Positions 43,491 to 58,362 are shown, counted from the first letter of the stretch. The stretch is DNA of 64,000 bases from Eledone cirrhosa (GCA_964016885.1 OZ024746.1:42718001-42782000), one strand, 5' to 3'. The notes: generated by a model not told the origin, from the letters alone. Program-made: numbers and translations.

Positions 43491-43807
43491 CATCATCATT
43501 TCACTTTACGTCCGCTTTTCCCTGTTTGCAAGGGTGGGACGGGAACTGATTCTGGCTTGATTTCTACAGCTGGATGCCCTTCCTAACACCAACCTCATTT
43601 ACAGTGACTGCTGGGTGCTTTTTTGCCGTGGCATCTCCACAATCACTTTGCAGTGGAATGATAGGGACCCCAGTCCCTATCATCTCATTTCTACAGCTGA
43701 GTAAACTGGAGCAATGTGAAATAAAGTGTCTTGCTCAAGGAAACAACACATCACTCGGTCTGAGAATTGAACTCACAACCTTTCGATTGCTAGGCCAATG
43801 TGCCTCC
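43491..43807 (-). mobile_element. SINE family A (left arm, ~19-bp head deletion)
   Basis: Family A body; lacks ctctaaccactaagccatg. Confidence 0.9.
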
Positions 43808-43831
43808 ATATGTATATATATATATACATAT

Positions 43832-44167
43832 GGAGCCACATGGCTTAGTGGTTAGAGCATTGGCCTAGCAATCGAAAGGTTGTGAGTTCAATTCTCAGAC
43901 CAAGTGATGTGTTGTTTCCTTGAGCAAGACACTTTATTTCACATTGTTTCAGTTTACTCAGCTGTAGAAATGAGATGATAAGGACTGGGGTCCATATCAT
44001 TCGACTGCAAAGTGGTCATGGAGGTGCCACGGCAAAAAAGCACCCAGCACTCACTGTAAATGAGGTTGGTGTTAGGAAGGGCATCCAGCTGTAGAAATCA
44101 AGCCAGAATCAGTTCCCATCCCACCCTTGCAAACAGGGAAAAGCTGACGTAAAGTGAAATGATGATG
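43832..44167 (+). mobile_element. SINE family A (right arm, full length)
   Basis: tggcttagtggttagagc A-box region, gagttcaattc B-box, (GAT)n tail. Confidence 0.9.
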
Positions 44168-44317
44168 TATATATATATATGTATGTATATATATATATGT
44201 ATGTATATATATATGTATATATGTATATATATATATTTGTATATATATATGTATGTATATATGTATGTATGTATATATGTATATGGTCAGGTCACCAGTT
44301 GGTGCTACTGGTAACAT

Positions 44318-45200
44318 ACGATGTCAACTCTCACAACAAAAACAACCTGCTCTATAGAATAGAATTAGAGAATGACAAACTGTGATGTTCTAACATGGTT
44401 CACCAGGCACCCAATGTTGAATCATCGTGGATTGTGTGATGGACATGTAGTCTATGAATTGCGTTTCCTGGATCGTGAGAGTGGTGGTGTCTGCGAGGAC
44501 AGTGGTGCTGTTTTGTTTCTCATTTGTAATATTTTTGATATTTTTGGTGTTTTTCTACACACGGGCTTCTATATTGTACAGGTGTGTGTGAAAAATGCTT
44601 TACCAGTACAGCCCCCATGATGCTTTTGATTGTCTGCTTTGACTGCTTGTTTTACATGTAACAATCTGCCGCACTATAATATTGTATAAATAGGACACGC
44701 GGGCATGCCTCATGTGTGACTGTTGCATACACTGGCTACTCCAAACTATCCACTTGCTTTATCTTCGTATACTTCCAGTGTTTTATTTTAATTTTAATTT
44801 TAACTTTAACTTTGTCCTTTAATATGACTGTAGTCTTTGTATGTAAATTGCCATGTTATATTATTATAATGGATGCCAACCCACTGTGGGTCAATATATA
44901 CATATGTTTCTATATGTCTCTTGTGTTGAAAAGGAGGTCAAGTATGTAAAAAATCACTGAATAATTGCTCCGAAGACTCCAAAACTCGGTTTGGAAGAAA
45001 CAATTGTAAGCAAATAAATGATTTAAACAGAACTTTGATTCATGTAATTTCTATATAACTGCTCTGTAAAACAACTGATATTGTTACATTGAGCTATTTA
45101 TCTTACTGTCTTTCACTATTTAGGGTTTAAAATATATATAACTATAAAAGGTCTTAGTATATACATAACCATAAATAGTATCGTTAATACTATATAAAGT
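44318..45200 (+). mobile_element. Probable Penelope-like 3' fragment/pLTR
   Basis: Hammerhead at 44965; ends in (TA)n; weak resemblance of WFTRHPMLNHRG to a GIY-YIG C-terminus. Confidence 0.45.
44965..45013 (+). ncRNA. Type I hammerhead motif, U4C core variant
   Basis: ttgct-CCGAAGA-c-tccaaa actcgg tttgga-a-GAAAC-aatt-GTA-agcaa; palindromic acaattgt. Confidence 0.72.
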
Positions 45201-45280
45201 ATATATAAGTATATATATATATAAATATATATATATATAATAGATATATATATATAAGATATATATATATATATATAAAT

Positions 45281-45312
<32 letters not shown>

Positions 45313-45444
45313 TAGATATATATATATATATATATTAGATATATATATATATATATAAATATATATTAGATATATATATATATATATAAATATATATATA
45401 TATAAATATATATAAATATATATATATATATTAGATATATATAT

Positions 45445-45475
<31 letters not shown>

Positions 45476-45835
45476 AATATATATATATATAAATATATAT
45501 ATATATATTAGATATATATATATATATATAAATATATATATAAATATATATATATATATTAGATATATATATATATATAAATATATATATAAATATATAT
45601 ATATATATTAGATATATATATATATATAAATATATATATAAATATATATATATATATTAGATATATATATATATATAAATATATATATAAATATATATAT
45701 ATATATTAGATATATATATATATATAAATATATATATAAATATATATATAAATATATATATATATATTAGATATATATATATATATATATAAATATATAT
45801 ATAAATATACATATAAATATATATATATATATTAG

Positions 45836-45866
<31 letters not shown>

Positions 45867-45966
45867 TATATATAAATATATATATATATATTAGATATAT
45901 ATATAAATATATATATATAAATATATATATATTAGATATATATATATAAATATATATATATATTAG

Positions 45967-45997
<31 letters not shown>

Positions 45998-46010
45998 AAT
46001 ATATATATAT

Positions 46011-46048
<38 letters not shown>

Positions 46049-46143
46049 AATATATATATATTAGATATATATATAAATATATATATATATTAGATATAAA
46101 TATCTATATAAATATATATATATATTAGATATATATATTAGAT

Positions 46144-46175
<32 letters not shown>

Positions 46176-46191
46176 TAGATATATATATAAA

Positions 46192-46223
<32 letters not shown>

Positions 46224-46386
46224 AATATATATATATATTAGATATATATATATATAAATAAATATATATATTAGATATATATATATATAAATATATATAT
46301 ATATATTAGATATATATATATAAATATATATATATATATTATATATATATATATATATAATATATATATATATATATTAGGTATAT

Positions 46387-46424
<38 letters not shown>

Positions 46425-46435
46425 GATATATATAT

Positions 46436-46473
<38 letters not shown>

Positions 46474-46480
46474 GATATAT

Positions 46481-46512
<32 letters not shown>

Positions 46513-46625
46513 TAGATATATATATATATATAAATATATATATATATTAGATATATATATATATATATATATATTAGATATATATATATATAAATATATA
46601 TATATATAAATATATATATAAATAT

Positions 46626-46656
<31 letters not shown>

Positions 46657-46673
46657 AATATATATATAAATAT

Positions 46674-46765
<92 letters not shown>

Positions 46766-46822
46766 AATATATATAAATATATATATATATATATAAATAT
46801 ATATAAATATATATATATATAA

Positions 46823-46853
<31 letters not shown>

Positions 46854-47175
46854 AATATATATAAATATATATATATACAAATATATAAATGAAAGGTATA
46901 GAAATTGTTTTAGCGAGAAGCTAATAGTATTCTATAACATATATTTATATATATATATATAATATATATAAATATATATAAATATACATATATATATAAA
47001 TATACATATATATATAAATATACATAAATATACATATATATATAAATATACATATATATATAAATATAAATTTATATATATAAATATACATAAATATACA
47101 TATATATATATATATAAATTTATATATATAAATATACATAAATATACATATATATATATATATAAATTTATATAT

Positions 47176-47218
<43 letters not shown>

Positions 47219-47318
47219 TTATATAAATATATATAAATTTATATATATATATATATAAATTTATATAAATATATATAAATTTATATATATATATATAAAT
47301 TTATATATATATATATAA

Positions 47319-47385
<67 letters not shown>

Positions 47386-47427
47386 AATATATATAAATAT
47401 ATATATAAATATATATAAATATATATA

Positions 47428-47459
<32 letters not shown>

Positions 47460-47486
47460 AATATATATAAATATATATATATAAAT

Positions 47487-47519
<33 letters not shown>

Positions 47520-47536
47520 AATATATATATATAAAT

Positions 47537-47567
<31 letters not shown>

Positions 47568-47611
47568 ATATATATATATAAATATATATATAAATATATA
47601 TAAATATAAAT

Positions 47612-47695
<84 letters not shown>
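45200..47695. repeat. ~2.5 kb (TA)n array with TTAG and AAAT interruptions
   Basis: Direct reading; small unique island at about 46888-46940. Confidence 0.95.
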
Positions 47696-47696
<1 letters not shown>

Positions 47697-48268
47697 GGAA
47701 CAAGTAGGACCCCGACGGCTGAGCTCAGGCCGTTTTGACGGCTAATTCTGGACTAAATGAAAATGTTTATCCTGGTATATGAAGTTTATTGTTTTTTTAA
47801 CATTCTCAGTATTTTTCTATATATTTACCCCTTATTGTTTTATTTATTGTTTCGACTTCCTCCCCCTCCCCTTCCCTAGTGTACTTCCTTGACCTCCTGC
47901 CCTGCTGTAGTTGGCACTATCAACGTACGACTGGGTTTCCTCACCCCCTCTCCCTCTTTCTTCTACTGGCAGGTTCAGCTACCCCTTCCTTCGACAAATT
48001 CCCATGATAGAATTATGTGTCTCAACAACAAACTTTTGACCAATCCTTGTGACAATCACTTTTACCATATATGGAAATACCCCCTGAGAAGCTCGGCTAT
48101 TCATATACCAGGATAAAAATGTTCATTTAGTCCAGAATTAGCCGTCGAAACGGCCTGAGCTCAGCTGTCGGGGTCCTACTCGTTCCTATTACCCACTCTA
48201 CTACCCTAATTATTGAGTACTTTGGTGTGTTATGGTCCACCTGGTTCCTTACCACATATCCTTCGTTA
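47695..48268 (+). mobile_element. Penelope-like pLTR with inverted partial copy at its 5' end
   Basis: 47695-47783 is the reverse complement of 48100-48188 (about 5 mismatches in 89 bp); hammerhead motif within; both ends in (TA)n. Confidence 0.75.
48079..48174 (+). ncRNA. Type I hammerhead motif with damaged core
   Basis: acccc-CTGAGAA-gctcggctattc...gaattagccgtc-GAAAC-ggc ctgagctca gct-GTC-ggggt; core deviates from CUGANGA. Confidence 0.6.
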
Positions 48269-48410
48269 TATATATAAATCTATATATATATATAAATCTC
48301 TCTATATATATATAAATTTATATATATATATAGATTTATATATATATAGATCTATATATATATATAAACCTATATAAATATATATATATATAGAGAGAGA
48401 GAAAATTTTA

Positions 48411-50291
48411 GTGAAGTCGGACAAAACTAATAACCTTTATGGAGTACAAAAGGACATGTATAACGACCTTATATTGAAAGAACTAAGGAAAAAGTACAAG
48501 GTAGCAAGTAAGGACGAACTTGAAAAACTGAATACAGATGCATCTTGTATAATGCATGAATTAGACATTGAGAATAAAACACAACCCTTCATGCCTAGGA
48601 AACCCAAGATCAATATGAAGGATCACAAAAGAAACTTTGAAAATGATTTACCAGTCAGATTAATTGCACCATCTAAATCTGACCTGGGAAAACTTAGCAA
48701 AAATATTCTAGACAGGGTAATACAACAAATTATAAACTTACCTAATTTATCTTACTTAAAATTATGGAAAGGGACTAGTGAGGTTATTGATTGGTTTAAA
48801 GAAATTAAATATAGCTATAATAATAAGTTTATTCAGCTGGATATTGCTAACTACTATTCATCTATCACTCCTAATCTACTGAATAAGGCACTAAATTACG
48901 CATTTAAACATACTGACCTAACTAGCAATGAAATGCACATTATATTATCGGCAAGGAAAACATTGATAGAATTTAATAACCAACTCTGGACTAGGGCAGA
49001 TAGAAATAATAATTTCGACATAACTATGGGATCATCAGACTCAGCTCAGGTAACGAACCTTGTGGGCCTATTTATAATTAATTCGCTACATAGAAAAATA
49101 CCAGGTGTAACCGGAGGATTATATCGTGATGACATGCTTTTACTTATAGAAAATAATAGCTGTGAACTAAATAGAAAAAGAAAACAAATTATACAATTTT
49201 TTAATTACCTTAATCTAAAAATAGAAATAGAGAATAACCATAGAATAGTCAATTTTCTTGATGTAACACTAAATCTCAACACATGTCTTCATTATCCATT
49301 TCACAAACTAAATGAGAACTTGAATTATGTCAACTTTAACTCTAATCACCCCAGATCTGTTAAAAATACTATAGTGAACTCTGTTCAAGAACGAATTTCA
49401 AGAATTTCATCTAATAAAAATATATTTGATGAAAAAGCGCAGTATTACAACGAAGCATTAGGTAGAGCTGGATATAGAAATAAAATTAAATACATCGATA
49501 ATAATAATAATAAGCAAACTAACCAAAATAATAACTTCAATTACGGTAACAACTTTAACATCTATAATAGAAAACATTACAATAATTCCAAAAGCCGAAA
49601 AAGAAATAGAACTAGAAATATATTATGGTTTGCTCCCCCTTTCTCAATAAATATTAAAACCCCTATTGCTAAACTATTCTTTAAAGCTCTTGACAAACGC
49701 TTCCCTAGAACACATAAATATTACTCAATCTTTAATAGACACACTATAAAATTAACTTACTCGTCCACCAAAAATTTAGCACAAAATATTAATAGAATTA
49801 ATAATAGGAATTTAAAACCTAACCAAAATACCAATAACCCAAACAATATTCAATTAAATAACTGTAACTGTAGAAATAAATCTAACTGTCCGTTAAATAA
49901 CAACTGCTTAGCTAAAAATGTAGTGTACAATTGTAATGTTAAAACTAATTTAAATTCATTTAACTATGTTGGTTCCACCTATACAGAATTTAAATTTTGC
50001 TTCAATAATCATAAGAATTCTTTCACAGATCCAAACAAAAAATCTTCAACTTCGCTATCTAACCTACTATGGGACCTAAAACGAGATAATATTAAATATT
50101 CGATGAATTGGAATATTATTTCACAAGCTACTCCTTTTAATTCCTCTTCAGAAAATTGTGATCTTTGTATTGAAGAAATATTCTTTATATTAAAGTCCAA
50201 AAATTCCCTTAATTTAAGGAACAATTTATTCAGTTGCTGCAGACATAGATTGAACTCAACGTTTAAATATAAATATAAATTTAAAATGTAG
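48411..50291 (+). CDS. Penelope-like reverse transcriptase + Cys linker + GIY-YIG endonuclease (N-terminally truncated)
   Basis: SDKT, LDIANYYSSI, MGSSDS, YRDD, NFLDVTL, SNHP, CNCRNKSNCPLNNNC, VVY..YVG, CDLCIEE; frame begins right after the microsatellite, so the start is not native. Confidence 0.93.
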   Translation: MKSDKTNNLYGVQKDMYNDLILKELRKKYKVASKDELEKLNTDASCIMHELDIENKTQPFMPRKPKINMKDHKRNFENDLPVRLIAPSKSDLGKLSKNILDRVIQQIINLPNLSYLKLWKGTSEVIDWFKEIKYSYNNKFIQLDIANYYSSITPNLLNKALNYAFKHTDLTSNEMHIILSARKTLIEFNNQLWTRADRNNNFDITMGSSDSAQVTNLVGLFIINSLHRKIPGVTGGLYRDDMLLLIENNSCELNRKRKQIIQFFNYLNLKIEIENNHRIVNFLDVTLNLNTCLHYPFHKLNENLNYVNFNSNHPRSVKNTIVNSVQERISRISSNKNIFDEKAQYYNEALGRAGYRNKIKYIDNNNNKQTNQNNNFNYGNNFNIYNRKHYNNSKSRKRNRTRNILWFAPPFSINIKTPIAKLFFKALDKRFPRTHKYYSIFNRHTIKLTYSSTKNLAQNINRINNRNLKPNQNTNNPNNIQLNNCNCRNKSNCPLNNNCLAKNVVYNCNVKTNLNSFNYVGSTYTEFKFCFNNHKNSFTDPNKKSSTSLSNLLWDLKRDNIKYSMNWNIISQATPFNSSSENCDLCIEEIFFILKSKNSLNLRNNLFSCCRHRLNSTFKYKYKFKM

Positions 50292-51184
50292 TATAATTAA
50301 TTAAGTAATTTAGTTAATATATGAAATCTGTCGATAAATCATTAGATTCCTTCACCTTTTTCTTTTTAAACTCTCTTCCTAAATATAAACATGGATATAA
50401 TAAACTACTCTAAAATGTCAATACTTCCAATGTATTAAATAAAATATACGTAAGATAAATTTCTATACTAAATATAAGGTGATCTGTAGAATCATTGGGT
50501 TATTTAAATCTTTTAAATTATTTTTATTTATTTGTTTTGATTCTGATAGCTTCTCATAACTTTCATAAGTCTACCCTTTCAATATCTTGATTGACATATA
50601 CGTAGGATAAATTTCTATACTAAATATATAAAACATATTATTTTAACTTAAGATACTCTATAGTGTTTTAAAGATATTTAATGCTTTGATATTTCTAGAT
50701 TTCTTTTGACTATACTGATATAGTTATATTTCCAAAATATATTCCTTTGGTATTTTAAATTTATATTGTTATAGTTATATTTACAAGTTATAATCCTTTA
50801 GTAATATATTGATATTTGATTATCTCTATACAAATGAATGTGTGTATTAACATGCATATAAAATGTTATAGGTTTTTTGTGTTTGTATATATGCATGAGC
50901 GATGCGGGTGCACGCACGCAGATATTTATTTATACATATGTATGTGTATATATGTATATCTATGTGGGTGAGAGGTATGTTGCAGATATGCATAATATCA
51001 AATACATGAATGGTAATCATATATATGAGGACATGAATATTAATCGTATATATTTATGTATATATACTGTGAACTTTTTATAACACAAGGAATGTATAGC
51101 AGTGATTAAGAGAAATCATTTACGTTTTGTATGGCTATATTGTTGGCTTGAGTAAACATAATTTCTATTTTCAGGACGTGCGTA

Positions 51185-51215
<31 letters not shown>

Positions 51216-51831
51216 TTTATGTCTTTGCATAAGATACTGATCTCTATAGCAAGGGTACATTTTGAACGATTTAACTCAGATTTTGGTATATTGATCTCAA
51301 GTTTTTAAACTAAACATATAGTCATTATTGAACAATGTTTAATTTCTCATATTATATATCGATGTCCCATTCATGAATATTGATATTTATATTTTTATTA
51401 TTCATTTCATATAAATTGTTAACTCAACTTAATATGACATGACGTAAAGTTTTCATTGTCTCCCCCCCCCCCTCTCTATATAGTATTTCTCTCTCTTGAG
51501 TTTTTATATCTGTATGATGACTTGATATCTCTCTGTTGCTTTCCTTTGTTTTTCTTATTTCTTCCTTTTTTCTTTCTTTTTTATTTCCTCCTATCTTTAT
51601 TTATCTCTTTCTTTTCTCCATACATTTCTCTCTCTCACCGATATTTCTCCAGGTTTTCTTTCTCTCTCTCCGTCTTTTTTCTTTTTTTCTTTCTCCGTCT
51701 TTTTCTAATTGTGCTTAACACTATGACTTATTAAAATAATATAAACAAATCACTATCCAGACAGCCTCCAAAAGTAATGGTTGCATTTTAAAAGGGTACG
51801 TCAAAGCTATTTGTAAAACTGTTATATATTG

Positions 51832-51896
51832 TATTTTGTCTGATGAAGGCATACCATAATTTAATGTGATATCCCTGAAATATGTATAATGAAATA
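51832..51896 (+). ncRNA. Type I hammerhead ribozyme motif in the PLE 3' region
   Basis: tattttgt-CTGATGA-agg...cct-GAAA-tatgt-ATA-atgaaata; 8-bp stem I with two G-U pairs. Confidence 0.72.
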
Positions 51897-52033
51897 AATA
51901 TGGTTTTATAAATATAGTTTCCATTTATTAATATCGTATATCTACTCCAAAAACTTGTCGAGTGCTTTATATCAGTTATAAAAATAAAAATGTTTACTTG
52001 TTGTATCCCAACAACTTTAAATAGAACTTTTGC

Positions 52034-53962
<1,929 letters not shown>

Positions 53963-53974
53963 ATATATATATAC

Positions 53975-54063
<89 letters not shown>

Positions 54064-54101
54064 AAACGAAAAACGAAATTTCATTTCTCATATATATATA
54101 C

Positions 54102-54147
<46 letters not shown>

Positions 54148-54165
54148 CATATATATATATATATA

Positions 54166-57100
54166 ACACATGGAATGTAATCGGAAGGCATGGGGTGGGA
54201 AAGTGTAACAGCAATGGTATGCTCTTGCTGCAGATGTGTGAGGAGCTGGATCTGTGTGTTACCAGCACCATGTTCCAACAAAAGAACAAATTCAAGACCA
54301 CATGGATGCATCCTGCATCTAAGGAATGGCATCTTTTGGACTACGTCCTAGTCAGGATGCGTGACAGACAGGATGTGCGGTGTGTTCGTGTTCTTCGTGG
54401 AGCTGAGTGCTGGACGGACCACCGCCTGGTACGCGCAAAAGTGAATCTAATCACCAAACGTAAAATCCGGGCTCCTGGTGTTACCCTGCCCAAAAGATTG
54501 AATGCTGCTCGTCTTAAGGATAAAAATGTGAAGAGGACATTGGAAGAAGAGATGCAGGCTGCAGATCTTGGTGAGGATTGGCCGACCCTTAAAAAGTCGG
54601 TTTATGATGTAGGCAGACGTGTTCTGGGATTGGTGCAGAGAAAACATCAGGACTGGTTTAATGAGAAAGATGTGCATATAGATGACTTGTTGGCTGATAA
54701 GAGGCGCGCTCTGTCACGCTACTTGACGGCAAGACCACAGGAGAGGAATACGTTGCATGAGGAGCTCAGGGATGTAAAATCACGTGTTAGGCGGAGTCTT
54801 TCTCAGATGAAGGATCAGTGGTGGAGTGAGAAGGCTGGTGAGGTACAAACTGCGTCTGATTGCAATAACACAAAGCTGTTGTACAGTCTCTTGCGTGAGG
54901 TTTATGGACCGTCTTCTTCTCTGGTGACACCGATTCGCAGCAGGGATGGCAAAGAACTTCTTCGTGACTCACAGGGAATTCTACGAAGGTGGCGGGAGCA
55001 CTTTGATGATCTTTTGAATCAGCCGTCTGTCGTCAGTGAAGATTTCCTCAATCTCATTCCGGAAAGTCCTGTGAAAGTAGCTCTCGCAGAGCCTCCGACA
55101 CTTGTGGAGGTTGCAGTGGCTATTTCGAAGCTGAACAGTGGAAGATCTCCAGGTATGGATGGCATACATGCTGAGCTCCTACAATATGGTGGTGAGAGAC
55201 TCCTGCAACATCTTCACTCTCTGTTTGGAAGGATATGGGCTAATGAATCCGTGCCTGAGGACTGGAGAGATGCAGTAATGGTGGTCTTGTACAAGGGAAA
55301 GGGTAACAGGAATGATTGTGGGAACTACAGAGGTATATCATTGCTTTCTGTCGTGGGGAAAGTTTTATGTAGGGTGCTTCTGGACCGTCTGCTGACACAC
55401 ATTGCAGATTGTGTCCTTCCTGAAAGTCAATCTGGTTTTCGTGTTGGACGCGGCACTACTGATATGATCTTCTCAGCTAGACAGCTCCAGGAGAAGTGCA
55501 TTGAACAGGGCTTGGATCTGTATCAGGTTTTTGTCGATCTGACAAAGGCTTTCGATACTGTCAACAGAGATGCATTATGGAAGGTTCTCCAGAAACTTGG
55601 TTGCCCTGATAAGTTCCTTGCTTTAGTTAGGTCTTTCCATGACGACATGAAGGCTTGGGTTAATGTCGGAGGTAACATGTCGGAGCCTATCTCAGTAAAA
55701 AATGGAGTGAAACAGGGGGATATTCCAGCACCGACCCTGTTTGCCATATACTTTGCAATGGTTTTCTGTATTGCATTCAGGAATTGCGAGCATGGTGTTT
55801 ACATCCGATATCGAACCTCAGGCAGCATATTTAACATCAGGCGCTTTGCTGCGAAGACAAAAGTATTTACATCAGTCATAAGAGACCTCTTGTATGCAGA
55901 TGATTGCGATCTTGTAGCGCACACAGAGAGTGATATGCAGCACATTTTGAATGTATTTTCTGACGCTTGCACTGCCCTGGGTTTGACTGTCAGTCTCAAG
56001 AAAACCGTCGTCATGTACCAACCTGCACCTGGTGGGCAGTACACTGAACCAAACATCTATGTGTATGGCAAACGACTTGGAGTGGTTGATCAGTTTGTCT
56101 ACCTGGGAAGCACTGTCAATCGATACGGCAACCTTGACAGTGAAATCTCACTTAGGATTAGGAAAGCAAGTGATGCTTTCGGAAAGCTAGAAAGGCGACT
56201 CTGGGGTCGGCGAGACATATGCAGGAGGACAAAGGTAAAGGTGTACAGGGCATGTGTACTCTCTTGTCTTCTTTATGCCTGCGAGACCTGGGTCACATAT
56301 CGACGCCACCTTAAGCAATTGGAGCGTTTCCATCAGATGTGTCTCAGACGGATACATGGCGTTCGCTGGAGGGACCACATCAGTGATGTCGAGATTTTGG
56401 AAAGCTCTATGTGTGACAGTATAGAAGCTCTTGTGCTTAAGCAGCGACTCCGTTGGAGTGGTCACCTTGCCAGGATGAAGGATTCTAGAATACCAAAACA
56501 ACTCTTCTATGGAGAGTTGGTTAAAGGAAAACGACCGCCACATAAACCAAAAAAGAGGTATAAGGATTCCTTGAAGGCCTCTCTGAAAGACGCTAACATC
56601 TCTGCTGATACATGGGAAAATATTGCTGCTGATCGTAATAAATGGAGAAAGACTGTATATGAGGGAAAAGTTGCCTTTGAGGCATCTCGAATCGCACACG
56701 AGAAAGTAAAGCGGGACGTGAGGAAGGGTATTGCTGTTGCACTTCCAGACGGCGAGGGTCCTCCTATGTTTCTGACATGCAGCGTCTGTGCGAGACTCTG
56801 CCTAAGCAAAGCTGGACTCGAAAGTCATCTTCGCAGTCATAAAGTAAGACCAGTGGTTGACTACCAGGCTGCTGTTGGAGATGCTACTCATCATGCTTGC
56901 CAAACATGTGGTAGAGAATGTAAATCAGCAGGAGGACTCAAGCGACATGCAAAAGTACACGAACTCCAACCACAGCCGACTATTCCCAGTAAATGTTTTG
57001 GTTGCCGACTCTGTGCAAGACATTTTGGATCATTGGCTGGGCTAAAAAGCCACATTCGATCGCAGCACTGTTAGTTGCTATCGTGTGTGTGTGTAGATAT

Positions 57101-57179
57101 GCTTATGTGCGTGCGTGTGTGTGTATATATATATGAATATGTATATTATTATTGTTGTTGTCGTTATTATTATTATTGC

Positions 57180-57266
<87 letters not shown>

Positions 57267-57305
57267 TGTGCAATGGCCATACTCGATAACGAGGGGGCAG
57301 CCATC
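54166..57305 (+). mobile_element. 5'-truncated RTE-clade LINE
   Basis: APE-RT ORF, microsatellite-containing 3' UTR, stem-loop tail, inserted in (TA)n. Confidence 0.92.
54168..57074 (+). CDS. RTE LINE ORF: C-terminal part of APE endonuclease, reverse transcriptase, three C2H2 zinc fingers
   Basis: [81 protein letters not shown]; frame is open upstream of the called start back to the truncation point. Confidence 0.95.
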   Translation, partial: TWNVIGRHGVGKCNSNGMLLLQMCEELDLCVTSTMFQQKNKFKTTWMHPASKEWHLLDYVLVRMRDRQDVRCVRVLRGAECWTDHRLVRAKVNLITKRKIRAPGVTLPKRLNAARLKDKNVKRTLEEEMQAADLGEDWPTLKKSVYDVGRRVLGLVQRKHQDWFNEKDVHIDDLLADKRRALSRYLTARPQERNTLHEELRDVKSRVRRSLSQMKDQWWSEKAGEVQTASDCNNTKLLYSLLREVYGPSSSLVTPIRSRDGKELLRDSQGILRRWREHFDDLLNQPSVVSEDFLNLIPESPVKVALAEPPTLVEVAVAISKLNSGRSPGMDGIHAELLQYGGERLLQHLHSLFGRIWANESVPEDWRDAVMVVLYKGKGNRNDCGNYRGISLLSVVGKVLCRVLLDRLLTHIADCVLPESQSGFRVGRGTTDMIFSARQLQEKCIEQGLDLYQVFVDLTKAFDTVNRDALWKVLQKLGCPDKFLALVRSFHDDMKAWVNVGGNMSEPISVKNGVKQGDIPAPTLFAIYFAMVFCIAFRNCEHGVYIRYRTSGSIFNIRRFAAKTKVFTSVIRDLLYADDCDLVAHTESDMQHILNVFSDACTALGLTVSLKKTVVMYQPAPGGQYTEPNIYVYGKRLGVVDQFVYLGSTVNRYGNLDSEISLRIRKASDAFGKLERRLWGRRDICRRTKVKVYRACVLSCLLYACETWVTYRRHLKQLERFHQMCLRRIHGVRWRDHISDVEILESSMCDSIEALVLKQRLRWSGHLARMKDSRIPKQLFYGELVKGKRPPHKPKKRYKDSLKASLKDANISADTWENIAADRNKWRKTVYEGKVAFEASRIAHEKVKRDVRKGIAVALPDGEGPPMFLTCSVCARLCLSKAGLESHLRSHKVRPVVDYQAAVGDATHHACQTCGRECKSAGGLKRHAKVHELQPQPTIPSKCFGCRLCARHFGSLAGLKSHIRSQHC

Positions 57306-57392
57306 ATATATATGTACATATATATATATATATATGTACATATATATATATATATATGTACATATATATATATATGTACATATATATATATA

Positions 57393-57460
<68 letters not shown>

Positions 57461-57461
57461 C

Positions 57462-57493
<32 letters not shown>

Positions 57494-57555
57494 GTACATA
57501 TATATATATATGTACATATATATACATATATATATATATGTACATATATATATAT

Positions 57556-57612
<57 letters not shown>

Positions 57613-57651
57613 TACATATATATATATATGTACATATATATATATATGTAC

Positions 57652-57695
<44 letters not shown>

Positions 57696-57699
57696 GTAC

Positions 57700-57761
<62 letters not shown>

Positions 57762-57816
57762 ATACATATATATATATATATGTAAATATATATATATATA
57801 TATATATGTACATATA

Positions 57817-57857
<41 letters not shown>

Positions 57858-57887
57858 GTACATATATATATATATATATATATGTAC

Positions 57888-57925
<38 letters not shown>

Positions 57926-57955
57926 GTACATATATATATATATATATATATGTAC

Positions 57956-58012
<57 letters not shown>

Positions 58013-58093
58013 TATATGTACATATATATATATATGTACATATATATATATATATATATATGTACATATATATACATATATATATATATGTAC

Positions 58094-58189
<96 letters not shown>

Positions 58190-58327
58190 GTATGGGGGCA
58201 GGTCCCATTTATGTCATTATTTACCTTTTTTTCCCATTTGGTTCTGGCTCCTCTATACACTCTGATTTTATCTCTCTGATTGTAGGCAGAGAACTGCATA
58301 CGGTGGATGAAGTGTTGTATACATATA

Positions 58328-58358
<31 letters not shown>

Positions 58359-58362
58359 GTAC

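Larger units (their letters stand above)
43267..44317. repeat. ~1 kb inverted duplication (palindrome)
   Basis: Arms each comprise a 34-bp unique tag, a microsatellite and a SINE A; centre ctccatatgta(ta)n-catatggag is perfectly self-complementary. Confidence 0.92.
48402..52033 (+). mobile_element. 5'-truncated Penelope-like retroelement
   Basis: RT-EN ORF, ~1.7 kb downstream region with hammerhead, bounded by microsatellites. Confidence 0.85.

Noticed and set aside
43832-43905. tRNA-like sequence with A and B boxes (also 61597-61665 and 5911-6005)
   Set aside because: SINE heads continuous with repeat bodies; no complete cloverleaf
54447-56809. Antisense ORFs within the LINE
   Set aside because: Shadow frames of a GC-richer coding strand
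56770-57074. Host C2H2 zinc-finger gene
   Set aside because: Fingers are in frame with the RTE RT and lack TGEKP linkers
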